From a virus, in IMG/VR virus record IMGVR_UViG_3300044878_000051, positions 30,031 to 94,030 of that record: a DNA stretch of 64,000 nt; one strand, 5' to 3'. Made by a program: the position numbers and the translations under genes. The notes beneath the pieces are model-generated. The model saw only the letters and a program-made list of their open reading frames with translations, was not told where the DNA came from and searched no databases. Within the stretch, counting starts at the first letter, position 1; each line of letters begins with the position of its first letter. Positions 1 to 10,911 of the stretch are shown here, in pieces.

Positions 1-594
1 TTCCAGGATGGCCGACTCAGGCGGAGTCTTGAAGCTCAGCCAGATACCGGTGTGCCACAGAGGCACTTGAACCAGAGAACCCAGGCCAGTAGCCGCAGCC
101 ACACGCAGTACAGCACGTTCACCAGTCAGGACCGAACCGCCGTCACCGAACTTAGGACGGGAAGCACCGATCTTCTCGCCTTCGAAGTCGACGAACTGTT
201 GCCAGTCAGAACCAACCCGTTCCAACGAGGCCGCCAGTGGGTTGCCACGCAACAGGGTTGCTTGAGCCAGCTTCAGCTCTTGCGCCCACAGGCGCATCTT
301 GGCATCACCGGAAGCATTGAGGTTCGGGTAGTTGTCGATCAACTCGTTCAAGTCGAAAGCGTCACCACCGAGCAACGACAGGTGTTCGTTGTCAGCATCG
401 AAGTCGTACTTGGCAACGTCTTTCTCCGGCACCGGTTTCGAGTGCGGGAAGGTCTGCGTGACGTTGGCGTTGGTACGCTTGGTTTCGAAACCAGTCGGCG
501 GAGTTGGTTCCTCCGGCTTCTGTGCTGGCTTCAGTTCAGGCGCAGGAACTACTTCCTTTTCTACGCCTTCCTTGTTTTGGTCTTCAGTGGACAT
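1..594 (-). CDS. Partial CDS (runs off the window edge), probable virion structural/baseplate protein
   Basis: Not in the ORF track. ATG at 594 with GGAG upstream; frame is open to position 1 (MSTEDQNKEG...GLGSLVQVPLWHTGIWLSFKTPPESAILE). The function is inferred. Confidence 0.6.
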   Translation of the reverse strand, partial: MSTEDQNKEGVEKEVVPAPELKPAQKPEEPTPPTGFETKRTNANVTQTFPHSKPVPEKDVAKYDFDADNEHLSLLGGDAFDLNELIDNYPNLNASGDAKMRLWAQELKLAQATLLRGNPLAASLERVGSDWQQFVDFEGEKIGASRPKFGDGGSVLTGERAVLRVAAATGLGSLVQVPLWHTGIWLSFKTPPESAILE

Positions 595-603
595 CTATAA
601 CTC

Positions 604-1083
604 CTAGATGCTGGCGGCTGGGGCATCAGGCAGCGGCTGGATCTGACCCAGGACTGGCTGTGCGTCTTGTGAGAAAAACGAGGTGACTTGGAACGCCGAC
701 GGAATCACGACCAATTGATATGACGTGATCCAATTGCTGTACTCTTCACCGATGGCCATCAGGTTGGCCAGTACGTCCGGATCGAGAGTCGGGTCGCCTT
801 TGCGATCTTTCGCGATCTGTTCGTGCTTGACGTGAATAGCAGCGAGCTTGTCACCGTACTCTTTAACGTCTTTGGCCAACACACGAGCAGCGTCGAGCAG
901 ACCTTGTTTGTCGGTCACTGCACGATCAACCAGATCTTGGTTCTTGATCAGCAGCAGCGCATGGGATGGACTGGTACGCAGCGCGTGACATTCACGCAGC
1001 AGAGTATCCATACTGTTCCACATCTCCATGGAGCGTTGGGTCTGAACCATTTGTGCAACGTTATTGAATTGACGCTTTGCCAT
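604..1083 (-). CDS. Hypothetical protein
   Basis: ORF with AAGGA SD before MAKRQ (1083); abuts the downstream gene. Confidence 0.7.
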   Translation of the reverse strand: MAKRQFNNVAQMVQTQRSMEMWNSMDTLLRECHALRTSPSHALLLIKNQDLVDRAVTDKQGLLDAARVLAKDVKEYGDKLAAIHVKHEQIAKDRKGDPTLDPDVLANLMAIGEEYSNWITSYQLVVIPSAFQVTSFFSQDAQPVLGQIQPLPDAPAASI

Positions 1084-1189
1084 GATTGGGTTCCTTAAAG
1101 CCGAAATAGGTGACGTGCCGGGAAATGAGTAAAGAAAGGGCACTTTTCCTATAATGAGAAAGTTGTGTATTTATTAACAGGGCGGTACT

Positions 1190-2041
1190 ATGACTATTGA
1201 TGAACTGGAGAAATACCTCCTACAGCGGGTCTCCCCCGAAGCAACAGAGTTAATGGTTGATACCGCTCGAGTGTTGTGTGAGTCAGGACTCACCAGTCAC
1301 TTAGACGATCTCGACGACATGATTGCCTCTGAAGATCAGATCGGTCGTGACATCACCATGTACCAAATGCGTCAGTATCTGACGTCCACGTTGGAAGCGT
1401 GTGTTAACCAATTCGGGATCGAGTTGTTGGAAGACGCTGAGATCAACTTGCGACACCTGACTGGGTTGCAACGTGGTATCAACATGATCACCAACTACGA
1501 AGACGTAGAGACTATCGAAGCTCTGTGTCTGGCCGAGACTGATCCTGAACAGCGCCTCATTGACATACTGGAGTTGCTGACCGAATATACATGGGCTGAC
1601 TACAGCCTGTTGATTGACACGGTGAGTACTTCCCTCTTCGATCGTATTCTGGAACAGTTGGTCAAGCCTGATCAGTTGGAAGAGTCGACGCACATCGGTA
1701 ACGCTGTACTGATCCGGGTTAAGTCGTTGATTCGTCAAGTAGAGTCACCGTGGTTGCTCGATGAGATCCAAGACGGGTGCGAGTTGGGGTTGCCGGTTGC
1801 CGCAATGGTAGAGCGCTTCAAGACCCGTTACGACAGCGTACTGACGGTCTCCAATGAACTGCACCGCAAGCCACAGTTGCTGGCTGAGCAATTCCTTCTT
1901 TATATACTCGCTTCGAGTTGTCCTGACGCCGAACTGTTGGCTACAGCCCAAGATCAATTGGAAGCTGTGGTGATGCACGTTCCTACGTTGTCGGCTGCCT
2001 CCAAGTGTATCCAACAACTGTTGAGTCAGGTGACGCAATGA
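1190..2041 (+). CDS. Conserved hypothetical protein (phiKZ gp79-like by position)
   Basis: 283-aa acidic helical ORF with an ATGA overlap to the vRNAP subunit gene. Confidence 0.7.
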   Translation: MTIDELEKYLLQRVSPEATELMVDTARVLCESGLTSHLDDLDDMIASEDQIGRDITMYQMRQYLTSTLEACVNQFGIELLEDAEINLRHLTGLQRGINMITNYEDVETIEALCLAETDPEQRLIDILELLTEYTWADYSLLIDTVSTSLFDRILEQLVKPDQLEESTHIGNAVLIRVKSLIRQVESPWLLDEIQDGCELGLPVAAMVERFKTRYDSVLTVSNELHRKPQLLAEQFLLYILASSCPDAELLATAQDQLEAVVMHVPTLSAASKCIQQLLSQVTQ

Positions 2042-3351
2042 AAACTGCTGACTACTACTTGATGGCCCTGAACGGTGGCGCTTATAAAAAGAAGCGTTGG
2101 GTTCTGTCCATCTTCAGTGTGCTGATCGACTCCAAGCCTCAGGGCTGGCCGTTCGAGATCGTGCGGACTGAAAAGAACGTATTCTTCCGTGACCCTACGG
2201 ACTTGAACGTTCTGATCTCCCTTGACGACGCTGACGTGAATAAGCCAGTCTTGAGTTTCAAAGACAAGATCGCGGTAACGCCTGAACAGGTTCTGAACCT
2301 CGACAAGCCGATCACGACCACCGCAGGCAACCTGCTCTTCAACTACTACGCATTGATCTACGCGTTGGGCAAGAAGATTCCGTACATGGAAGGGCGTATC
2401 ACTGCGACTCAAGTGGAAAAGATCATCGAGCCTCGGTTGACGTCTAACCCGGTGGACAATGGGGCGAACTATGACCCTAATGATCTGAACCCAATCTACG
2501 TGAGCGAGTACAAGAAGTTCAACAAAGCCATGTTCGGCTTGATGGGCTTCACACAACTGTGTGTACCGTCCGCTACGCCACGTACGATGTCAACCGACCC
2601 ACGTATCCCCGAGTTGCGTAATCGGCTCGTAGAGAAGCACAAGGACCGTCTGAACGACCCTGCCATCATCTCCATGATCGACCAAGAGTTGATCAAGATG
2701 GACAAAGAGTGGATGGCTAACGATCCTGACGGCGGCGCCGGCTTCTATGTGAACGAAGCCAAGTCTTACGACGTTGTGCGTAAGAAAGTGTTCCTGATGC
2801 ACGGTGCTGAGTCGGGCTTTAAAGACGGCACTGATGTGGACTTCATCAAGAACTCCTTGAACGAAGGTTGGGACATCGAGAAACTCCCGAGCATGGTTAA
2901 CTCCTTGCGGGAAGGTTCTTACAACCGTGGTCGAGACACGGCACTCGGTGGTGAGGCTGTGAAGTTCTTGGGTCGAGTGTTCCAGAACACTGTGATCGCT
3001 GAGAAGGACTGTGGGTCTACTCTCGGGTGGATGAAAGACTTTACCGAGGCCAACTACCAGAAGTTCGTCGGCTTCTACCGAATCACTCCACAAGGCCCTG
3101 TGTTGATGGATGAGGCTTACACTAAGTCTCAGATCGGTAAACAAGTTCACGTTCGTTCACCAATGTTGTGTAGGACTCCAAAAACAGCGTTCTGCGAATG
3201 CTGTATGGGTGCCAAGAACGCATTGAATCCAACCTCGTTGGGTCTGATGGCGGCTGACGTAGGATCGCAGATCATGGGTATCTTCATGGGTGCGATGCAC
3301 GGTAAGTCCCTGAAGACTGAACGGTACGATTTCAAGAAGGCTATCTTCTAA
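2038..3351 (+). CDS. Virion RNA polymerase beta'-middle subunit (phiKZ gp80-like)
   Basis: TTAGNLLFNY motif, bridge-helix-like SLREGSYNRGRDTALGG, and beta' zinc-site cysteines (EKDCG...RSPMLC...FCECCMG). Confidence 0.85.
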   Translation: MKTADYYLMALNGGAYKKKRWVLSIFSVLIDSKPQGWPFEIVRTEKNVFFRDPTDLNVLISLDDADVNKPVLSFKDKIAVTPEQVLNLDKPITTTAGNLLFNYYALIYALGKKIPYMEGRITATQVEKIIEPRLTSNPVDNGANYDPNDLNPIYVSEYKKFNKAMFGLMGFTQLCVPSATPRTMSTDPRIPELRNRLVEKHKDRLNDPAIISMIDQELIKMDKEWMANDPDGGAGFYVNEAKSYDVVRKKVFLMHGAESGFKDGTDVDFIKNSLNEGWDIEKLPSMVNSLREGSYNRGRDTALGGEAVKFLGRVFQNTVIAEKDCGSTLGWMKDFTEANYQKFVGFYRITPQGPVLMDEAYTKSQIGKQVHVRSPMLCRTPKTAFCECCMGAKNALNPTSLGLMAADVGSQIMGIFMGAMHGKSLKTERYDFKKAIF

Positions 3352-3372
3352 TCACTGTAAGGAATGCTACAC

Positions 3373-4293
3373 ATGGCTAAGCAACAAAAGACTCAGGCGG
3401 CTCCACAACAAGCGCCGAAAGATCCTGCTCTGGAACAAGAGCAACTTGACCAAGCCAACCTCGAAGAAGGTGCAACCGATGAGAATGAGTCGGGGAATGA
3501 ATCTGCTGGCGTTGATGCTCCGACGGGCGACAGCACCGGGGGCGAAGGTTCGGAAGAGGGCGAAGCGGACGCTGGAGCTGGATCGGATTCCGAGTCATCC
3601 GACACAAGCCTGGAGCAAGGTACTGGTGAAGCAGCCGATACCTCCGAAGCAGACCAACTGGCAGCAGCACTGGCGGCGGCAGCTTCCGCGTCACAACAAC
3701 CGCCGGTACCGGTAAACGACGCTCCTGCTCCGGTGGAGCCCGTAGCCCCGGTCGAGCCAGAAGGTTCCGACATCCCTGACGCCGAACCCGTTGCTGCTCC
3801 GAGCGAGCGTGCACCTTCGGTTTCCGTTCAACGCAATGTCCCAGTGAGCGTCAATGTGAAAGAGCAACAAGCCTCCATCAAGTTCCAACTGATCATCGAC
3901 CGCCTGTCCGAGTTCGCCAAGGCCATGGCCCCGAACGCCCCGATCAACGAAACCGACGGCAAGGCCCAGCAACTGGCCCTGTGGAAAGTGATCGACCAGG
4001 TCCTGAAACTGGAAGGCGCCGAGTTCATCCGTGGCTTCAGCCTGCTGCTGGACTTCATCGCTGAACACCGCACCGCCCACTTCAGCGAGAAATACGCTTA
4101 CCGTTTCTTCGGTCCTCTGAACCTGAGTGCCGGCGACAAGCGTAACTTCAACCGCCTGCTCAACCTGTTCATCGCCACTGCCGACCGCGCAACTCGTCGC
4201 ATGGGCCTGGAACAAGTTGGTCTGGAAGCAAGCGTAGCTGGTATCCGCGACACCGCTGTTCAACAGCGCATCGTTGAGTTCTACCAGATCTAA
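3373..4293 (+). CDS. Hypothetical protein with a long acidic, disordered N-terminus
   Basis: ORF with SD; E/A/P/G-rich first half, helical C-terminal domain; followed by a terminator. Confidence 0.75.
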   Translation: MAKQQKTQAAPQQAPKDPALEQEQLDQANLEEGATDENESGNESAGVDAPTGDSTGGEGSEEGEADAGAGSDSESSDTSLEQGTGEAADTSEADQLAAALAAAASASQQPPVPVNDAPAPVEPVAPVEPEGSDIPDAEPVAAPSERAPSVSVQRNVPVSVNVKEQQASIKFQLIIDRLSEFAKAMAPNAPINETDGKAQQLALWKVIDQVLKLEGAEFIRGFSLLLDFIAEHRTAHFSEKYAYRFFGPLNLSAGDKRNFNRLLNLFIATADRATRRMGLEQVGLEASVAGIRDTAVQQRIVEFYQI

Positions 4294-4294
4294 G

Positions 4295-4346
4295 CGGCAT
4301 AAAGCCAAAAAAAAAAGCAGGGGTGCGAGCCCCTGCTTTTATGCCG
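4295..4346. terminator. Bidirectional intrinsic terminator flanked by CGGCATAA / TTATGCCG
   Basis: AAAAGCAGGGG-tgcgag-CCCCTGCTTTT hairpin between convergent genes. Confidence 0.85.
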
Positions 4347-4350
4347 TCTG

Positions 4351-4965
4351 TTAATGGAAGGTGAAGTCCATCTTAGGACGACCGGTTACTTGCTTGACGC
4401 GTCTAGTCACGGCGATGACTTCCTCCAGACTTAGTTGCAGGCGACGGCACAGTTCAGGTGCCATTACCCCGGAGACGTTTGGTGGGTAATGCATTTCCAA
4501 CTGTCCGATCAGTACCGAAAGGTAGAACGGTTTGAAGTCGTAAGGCTTGATCCTAGCGGCTGCATCATCGGTCTTGAAGCTCTTCTGATAGAAGCCTACG
4601 TCGATCTGGTAGAACGTTTCAGCCATCAGGAAAGCGCCGATCAGCGAACCGAACAGCTTCAGCACTTCATGGACAAACTGTTCACCCATGGAGCGATGAG
4701 CCAGCGCCATACCTTTCATGACCTGCTCACGTAGAGCTTGGTCGGAGATCTGATCCACAGTCGTACTGTAGACGTTATGTTTGCCATCAGTGAGTACCCA
4801 ACGTGGGGACAACATGGCTTTGGTGTAGCGGCTTTCGCACACACCCATAATCACCTCACGGTAATTCACCAGATGAAACGGTGTATTGACAATGAAGTCC
4901 ACGGGGAAGTCGAAGAACTGTTCAACTGCGACGCGAGGGGAGTTCTGGAAATAACGACTTGGCAT
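4351..4965 (-). CDS. Hypothetical protein
   Basis: 204-aa ORF with an AAGG SD. Confidence 0.7.
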   Translation of the reverse strand: MPSRYFQNSPRVAVEQFFDFPVDFIVNTPFHLVNYREVIMGVCESRYTKAMLSPRWVLTDGKHNVYSTTVDQISDQALREQVMKGMALAHRSMGEQFVHEVLKLFGSLIGAFLMAETFYQIDVGFYQKSFKTDDAAARIKPYDFKPFYLSVLIGQLEMHYPPNVSGVMAPELCRRLQLSLEEVIAVTRRVKQVTGRPKMDFTFH

Positions 4966-5019
4966 ACTGGACCTTACTTAAGGCTGGCATAAAAAGTGGG
5001 GCCTTGCGACCCCACGAGA

Positions 5020-6591
5020 TTAAATTACATAATCGGTTGTCAAGTACTTGTGACCCACGACCCTACCCGCAAAGTTCTCGACCTTGCGTTCGTGATACTC
5101 GATATGCTTGTCGATGTCGATACACACGAAGTAGTAGAAGGTTGGCTTAGCATCGGGCCAAATCTTAATGATCGTGTCACGTAGACGCCCCATCGCTTGC
5201 AAGTTACCTTGTTTGGAACCCAAGGCATCTGTCATCAACACATGAAGCAACTTAGGGATGTCCTGAGCTGTCCCGAGGGATTTCAGTGTCGACACGATGA
5301 GATCTGCTTCGAGCATTTCGTCGAAGTCGTCATCTGCCGTATACCGCATCACAGTGATGTCACTGTTCCGTGGTTTCAGGTAGTTCGTGACAATGGTGCA
5401 CATCTCAACCGTAGCACAATAGATCAACAGCTTTTGGTCATCCACACGAATCTTGCGAAAGTTGTGGGTAACGAAATCGGAGATCATCTCAAGGTAAGCC
5501 TTGAGGCACTGCTTGTTCTTCATCAACGATTGCTCGAAGATGACGTGACTGTACGACTTACGCGCCTTGTTGATCCACTTAAGGACGTTGTGGTGCCTGA
5601 GCCGGTACTGCAATGCTTCTACTGCGGTGAAGATCACACGCTCACCGTTGTCAATCCGTTCGTCTCGCGGGAACATGATTGCCGTACGGTTAATCAAGAA
5701 CTCGTCGTCACCTTCCAATGTACCGGAGAGTGAGATGGTCTTGTGAACGTGCGTGTACAAGTCTTGCCGATAGTTGAGGTGGATGTCCTGGTGGACTTCG
5801 TCAATCAACCGAATCCCAATCCCACACGTTTGGTAGAAGTTGGGAGGAGTGCAACCGTACCCGAGCTGTAACAAGCCGTCTTTAAACTTCTCGTAGTCCT
5901 TCAGGTAGTTGAAGTACGTCATGTTCGAACAGATGATGATCTTGGCTGTCAACTCGCCTGCAATTGCAAGCTGCGTCACGAGTGCCAGTTGTGCTGACCC
6001 CCGAACAACCATGATGTCACCTTTCTTACACTTGAACGCTGCCTCAATGTCGCCAATCCACTTTTCAATGTACATGGCCTTGATGCAGATGAAAACCCGA
6101 CGCCCAATAGCTGCGATACCACTCAGCGCCATGAATGTCTTACCGCGACCGGGGTCTACGGTGAGGATCTTCGTCTTACCCGGAGCAATCAGGTAAGCGA
6201 TCTTTTCAACTTGGTCATCTCGCGGTGTACGCTTGTCGATTACTTCGAAGTTAACTTCAACCCCGAGGTTCTCAGGCAAGTGCTCGTACACAATGGCGCT
6301 CTCATGAACGCCCCACATTTTCAAGCACCGAAGTAACGCGTCCAGTTCATTCCGATGGAAGTGAAAGTCTGTACGGTCATTCGTAACGCCCACAAAGACC
6401 CGCAGCATGGCTTTTCTGAAACGACCATCAGGCCCCTTCTCAAAGCCGTACTGAGCCAGTGACTTACAGAAGTCAAGCAACGCAGCTTTAACCCGAGGGG
6501 TGAACTGCGTTGCTCTTACGTGGTGACTGGCTACTCTAAGAGTCAGTTCTGGTGCTCTAGCGGTAGGCGGATTCTGGACTTCACTAGACAC
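5020..6591 (-). CDS. SF2 (DExH) helicase (phiKZ gp75-like)
   Basis: Walker A PGRGKT, DEVH, motif III SGT, motif VI QAMGRLR; syntenic with nvRNAP beta'C. Confidence 0.9.
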   Translation of the reverse strand: MSSEVQNPPTARAPELTLRVASHHVRATQFTPRVKAALLDFCKSLAQYGFEKGPDGRFRKAMLRVFVGVTNDRTDFHFHRNELDALLRCLKMWGVHESAIVYEHLPENLGVEVNFEVIDKRTPRDDQVEKIAYLIAPGKTKILTVDPGRGKTFMALSGIAAIGRRVFICIKAMYIEKWIGDIEAAFKCKKGDIMVVRGSAQLALVTQLAIAGELTAKIIICSNMTYFNYLKDYEKFKDGLLQLGYGCTPPNFYQTCGIGIRLIDEVHQDIHLNYRQDLYTHVHKTISLSGTLEGDDEFLINRTAIMFPRDERIDNGERVIFTAVEALQYRLRHHNVLKWINKARKSYSHVIFEQSLMKNKQCLKAYLEMISDFVTHNFRKIRVDDQKLLIYCATVEMCTIVTNYLKPRNSDITVMRYTADDDFDEMLEADLIVSTLKSLGTAQDIPKLLHVLMTDALGSKQGNLQAMGRLRDTIIKIWPDAKPTFYYFVCIDIDKHIEYHERKVENFAGRVVGHKYLTTDYVI

Positions 6592-6611
6592 AGACCTACC
6601 TCCTTACTCCA

Positions 6612-8588
6612 TTACTGTTTGGTGAGATCCCCCATCATTAGAGGATCTAGCGGATGGTCAGGACGTTGCTTCAAGATGAAGGTCTTGATGTCCTGCAACG
6701 TGGCCCCTTGACGCTCGTACGCCATACTGGCCGACAAGCTACGGAAGTCCATGTTGTCCTCGTAGTAACCCACTTCCCCGTTCACCCGATCCAGCGGCAG
6801 TCGGTGATCCCGACCTTCGATGCTCTCAACCATGGTCGAAAGGATGATGTTCTCAAGGTGAGCAATGTTGACGTTCAACTTGGAACTGATCAGATCGTAG
6901 AAAGCAAACAGCGCTTCCTCGGTGTTGGTGTAGGCGTTCGACGATTTAACCTTCGAACGTTTGCCACGTTGTTTCCCAGACTTCGTAGGGGCAGCCTTGA
7001 TGAAACGCTCGATGTCGCCCATGTACTCCACCATGTTGGTGTGCTTCATTGGCAACTTGAACATTGTGTCAGAGTAGTCCCAACCCGACAGGTCGATGAT
7101 GTAATCACCACGAGGGGTGAGTTCCCAACCTACACGTTTGATGTAGATCAGGGCATCTTCTGTCAGGAAGCTCAACCGGCTACCCATGGACACCGACAGG
7201 TTGACTTTATCCAAGTTCCCGTCATCAGCCACAATCTCCAGCGTGATGTCAATGATCTCGGAGAGTTTCTCCAGAGGCAGGTTACGAATCGTGCGAACCC
7301 GATTGATGTCAGGTAGGCGCGGTGCGTAGTCTGCCGAGATCACCATCTTCACGGAGGAACGCTCAGCCAAGTCAGCACTGAGTTTGATTTCTGCCCCGGT
7401 ATTCCCCTGTCTGAGATACACAGCATCGTGCTCACAGATATAGAAGTCATCTACGACCGAACTACCGTCCAAGTGTTTGGTCGACAGAACGTTCTGGGAC
7501 ACCAGCTCACATAGAGTTGTGGCACTTACGTGACCCAATACAGTGTGCGGTGGAATCGAGAAGCTGATCTCACCCAAGCAAGTGGAGCAAACACCGTAGC
7601 GATCTGGGTGGCGGCACTTGAGCACTGAACGAACTTCAATCTCTTCGCCGATCAGTTCACGCGACGACTTCAGGATTGGCTTCAACCCGTGAGGCGTCTT
7701 GTAGTACTTGCCTTCCAGTGCTTGGAAGTTCCCTGCTGTGACTTTCCACAGGATGGTGTCCTGCGTACCACAGTCTTCGTAGTGGACGTGCTGCAACGTT
7801 GCACAGCCCAACTGCATCTTCCGGTTGAAGTACTCGGAATCCGCTACTGGATCTTTAGCAGCCCACAGCGCCTTGGAGGCCGAGCGGGATTCTACCAGTG
7901 CATCGTACAGGCTGACCAAGCCCTGGGTGTAGTTACGCATCACCGGATCGTGGAAGATCCGTGAGTCGATGTCCGTCAGGAAGCCCCGCAAGGAAACTAC
8001 CTGCAACACCTGACCGAGGCTCACCAGTTTGGACTTTACCGCTTTACCGATAGGATTGCCCTGGAGTTCGTTGGGGTCCTTCAGTACTGCTGTCACACCG
8101 CGATAGGTATCGTCGATGCTGTTCTGCGTTGGCTTGGCCGCAGCATTCAGCGCAGCGATCTTCGGGTGACGGATTACGTCAACGAAGTCCGTGATGCAGA
8201 TGCTGGCCACTTCCTCTTCCAGCCCAGTCACGGTGTCGTTGTAGATGTCTTGCTCCACGTCGTAGATCCAACCTGACCACTCAGTGTTGTCGAAAGCCGT
8301 GTGGGTACTGTTACAGTAGTCCAACGCCAAGCTACGACCAAACGCCAACAGGTTGTTGAACGTCTCCTTCGTCAAGCGCTCGTCACACATGTGCGATTTC
8401 TTCAGACACGGAATCTGAGGATACGCACGGTTGAAGATGGCGCAGTACCACGAGAAGATAGTAGCTTCGCGCTCTACTACCTGATCGCCATCATCGAACA
8501 CCATGATGAACTTCGCCTCTGGGGATTCCAAGTCCCAGATTTGTTTCTTGGTGAGCTGGTAAATGTCACGGGCATTGTAACGATTCAT
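6612..8588 (-). CDS. rpoC: Non-virion RNA polymerase beta' C-terminal subunit (phiKZ gp74-like)
   Basis: SEYFNRKMQL bridge helix, EDCGT, RSVLKC...VCSTCLG zinc site, trigger loop QNVLSTKH. Confidence 0.9.
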   Translation of the reverse strand: MNRYNARDIYQLTKKQIWDLESPEAKFIMVFDDGDQVVEREATIFSWYCAIFNRAYPQIPCLKKSHMCDERLTKETFNNLLAFGRSLALDYCNSTHTAFDNTEWSGWIYDVEQDIYNDTVTGLEEEVASICITDFVDVIRHPKIAALNAAAKPTQNSIDDTYRGVTAVLKDPNELQGNPIGKAVKSKLVSLGQVLQVVSLRGFLTDIDSRIFHDPVMRNYTQGLVSLYDALVESRSASKALWAAKDPVADSEYFNRKMQLGCATLQHVHYEDCGTQDTILWKVTAGNFQALEGKYYKTPHGLKPILKSSRELIGEEIEVRSVLKCRHPDRYGVCSTCLGEISFSIPPHTVLGHVSATTLCELVSQNVLSTKHLDGSSVVDDFYICEHDAVYLRQGNTGAEIKLSADLAERSSVKMVISADYAPRLPDINRVRTIRNLPLEKLSEIIDITLEIVADDGNLDKVNLSVSMGSRLSFLTEDALIYIKRVGWELTPRGDYIIDLSGWDYSDTMFKLPMKHTNMVEYMGDIERFIKAAPTKSGKQRGKRSKVKSSNAYTNTEEALFAFYDLISSKLNVNIAHLENIILSTMVESIEGRDHRLPLDRVNGEVGYYEDNMDFRSLSASMAYERQGATLQDIKTFILKQRPDHPLDPLMMGDLTKQ

Positions 8589-8597
8589 AGTTCCTCC

Positions 8598-10799
8598 TCA
8601 GGACTGTTTCTTATAGACGAAGCGAATACCGGCACATTCAAGGATATGTCGCACGAACAAGTTGTTACGACCGTTACCTACAGGGTGAACCTTACGGTCG
8701 ATTACTTGCTGAATGTCGGTAGGCTTATCAGCCCGCAAGAGATTTGCCAAGATCTCTTTACCCACGGTTGGGTTGTTCGACTGGTCGATGATGTCTGCCC
8801 AGACTTCACCGCCACACGTAGCCGCACCCAAACGCACTTCTGCTTCACCAGTCATCCGTACAGGCTGAGCAGCCCCAGGATAACTGTTCTTGTCACCTTT
8901 GGTAATCTTGGCTGGAATCCCGTGGTGTTGTAGCTTCGGTGCAGAAACACCTGACCAATCGCCACCGGTTTTCTCCAACACAATGATGTCAGCACCACCA
9001 ATCAGGATTGGCTCCTTCGTGGTGATCCGATTACCATTGATCCCGCCAAACGTAACCGGACCGTACACAGGAGGGTATTCCGCCCGCAGTTGGTCGATCA
9101 TCGTTGGGTAATCCACTGGGGAGTTGTTAGGCATCCACAGGTAGATCCCGTCCCGCAGTACAGTCAGAACATGAGGTTCCCCTTTGTTGAGGTACTCAGG
9201 CTCCGACATCACCTGCACCATCCACGGCGACACGATGTGGTAGAAGCGCAGCAGACGTTCCCACGCCGACTGGACTTTCACTGGATCGAGCCGTGGTCCC
9301 GAGTTCACCACTTGGGCCTTGAACAGCGAAGGCTTGGCATCTTTAGGGATGTCCGAACCATCGTTGGCAAAACCAAACTCACGGCGGAGCTGCTTGGTGA
9401 GGCGATCAGCACAGGCGTTGATGTAGGGTTCGTACAGACAGCCCAGGTTCATACGCTTGATCACGGAATACGGTTCCATGATGATGTCCGCACGGTTGCC
9501 TTCAGCATCGACTGGCATCCGGTGGGCTGGCCACACTTGACAGATTACGCCTTTGTTGCCGTGGAACCCCGACAGCTTCGCACCATCAGTCGGTTGGGTT
9601 TCGAACTCGATGGTGATCTCAACACGCCAATCGTCCAGAGGCTGACGACGGTGAGTCTTGTTCACCTGAACACTTTGAGCACCGTGTGGACGGTTCACGT
9701 AACCCAAGGCTTCAAAGATCAAGCGATGGAACTCGTGACTCAGGTTCAAGTTCGGACCGTATTCCTTCTTGAGCTGCTTGTGGACTTCCAGTACCCGGTT
9801 GTAGAACCGCAGGGCTGCCTGATGATACTTGCTCATCTGACGTTCCATGCCCACCGGAGTCGGAGGGTTACGGTTGGTGTCGTCGTGGTGTACCACAATG
9901 TCCACTACGCGCGCCCGTGGCGTTACGTAGGTGAGACGGTCGTAGACGTAGTCCACTTCCTTCAGTGCAGCCACCGACATCTCCACAGGAGCCAGCAGGG
10001 GGTTGTACGGACGGGTCGCAAACAACAGACCATCAGCACGCACGTAGTCCCCAATGTCTGGGAACGGCTTGTACTCATCGGGTTTGTTCGGATCAGCATA
10101 CAGGTTCAGGAACATGTGGTTCTTGCCTGCGGACTCCACATACTTCTTGAAGCCCTTGGCGGTGATTCTCGGTAGCACGTCATCGGCTACAATCACCCCG
10201 TCTTCAATCACGCCTGCAAGTGACATGTATGCCACCTTCAGTTCCAGCGATGGTGTGTAGTTACCGTGCTCGTCAATGTTCGGCGAGTCAGCTACTACAG
10301 AACCGGCTGGGATACGACTGCCAGCATACAGCTTGGTGGACAGCTCCTTGTTGAACTTGTACTTAAAGCCGAAGTACTGGTGGTTACAGTTGAAACGTGG
10401 GACCGACATCATCCCGACTTCTTTTGTTTCTGCATCTTCGTAGATGTAAATCGTTTCAGGGTTCTCTACAATGGAGTCGCCACCCATCGTTTGTGGATAG
10501 CGTTCAATCTCTGCGATGATCGTTACATTGCTGTCGAACTTCTTCGCAAAGGTAAACTTACCAAACTCACGTTCCGTACCAGTCTGCTGGCGACGTGGTG
10601 AGGCCCCTTTAATAACAAGCGCCTGCCCAAGCTGGGAGTTAACCATCTGCACACGAGAAGCAGAGTTACCACGAATGTGAGTAATCATGCTGCCCATACC
10701 GCTGACCTCTGGGAACAGTTGGTATTCTGTTGCCATTGGGTCTTGGTTCATGTAGTGCGGAATTGGGTTACCGCTTGCATCGACGGGTGTTTCGTTCAT
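8598..10799 (-). CDS. rpoB: Non-virion RNA polymerase beta C-terminal subunit (phiKZ gp71-73-like), uninterrupted
   Basis: NSASRVQM, IEDG, GAKLSGFHGNKGVI, RMNLG and QPVRMTGEAE motifs of RNAP beta. Confidence 0.92.
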   Translation of the reverse strand: MNETPVDASGNPIPHYMNQDPMATEYQLFPEVSGMGSMITHIRGNSASRVQMVNSQLGQALVIKGASPRRQQTGTEREFGKFTFAKKFDSNVTIIAEIERYPQTMGGDSIVENPETIYIYEDAETKEVGMMSVPRFNCNHQYFGFKYKFNKELSTKLYAGSRIPAGSVVADSPNIDEHGNYTPSLELKVAYMSLAGVIEDGVIVADDVLPRITAKGFKKYVESAGKNHMFLNLYADPNKPDEYKPFPDIGDYVRADGLLFATRPYNPLLAPVEMSVAALKEVDYVYDRLTYVTPRARVVDIVVHHDDTNRNPPTPVGMERQMSKYHQAALRFYNRVLEVHKQLKKEYGPNLNLSHEFHRLIFEALGYVNRPHGAQSVQVNKTHRRQPLDDWRVEITIEFETQPTDGAKLSGFHGNKGVICQVWPAHRMPVDAEGNRADIIMEPYSVIKRMNLGCLYEPYINACADRLTKQLRREFGFANDGSDIPKDAKPSLFKAQVVNSGPRLDPVKVQSAWERLLRFYHIVSPWMVQVMSEPEYLNKGEPHVLTVLRDGIYLWMPNNSPVDYPTMIDQLRAEYPPVYGPVTFGGINGNRITTKEPILIGGADIIVLEKTGGDWSGVSAPKLQHHGIPAKITKGDKNSYPGAAQPVRMTGEAEVRLGAATCGGEVWADIIDQSNNPTVGKEILANLLRADKPTDIQQVIDRKVHPVGNGRNNLFVRHILECAGIRFVYKKQS

Positions 10800-10865
10800 A
10801 AAGCGCTCCTAACAGGGTGGAGTTAATACAGGAGATCTTGGATGCACGTACCCTTGATCCCAATA

Positions 10866-10883
10866 ATAATATAGGTTTCAAAA
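10866..10883 (-). promoter_or_regulatory. Early (vRNAP)-type promoter motif
   Basis: Minus strand TTTGAAACCTATATTATT matches a recurrent TTT(G/C/A)A-N4-YATATTAY motif resembling the phiKZ early TATATTAC; lies upstream of nvRNAP betaC. Confidence 0.6.
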
Positions 10884-10911
10884 GCTTTTTAATGAACGTG
10901 AGGTTCAGACC

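Noticed and set aside
52-686. Plus-strand ORFs 52..600, 332..607 and 504..686
   Set aside because: They are antisense to the open minus-strand frame 594..1, which has an SD and phage-like codon usage.
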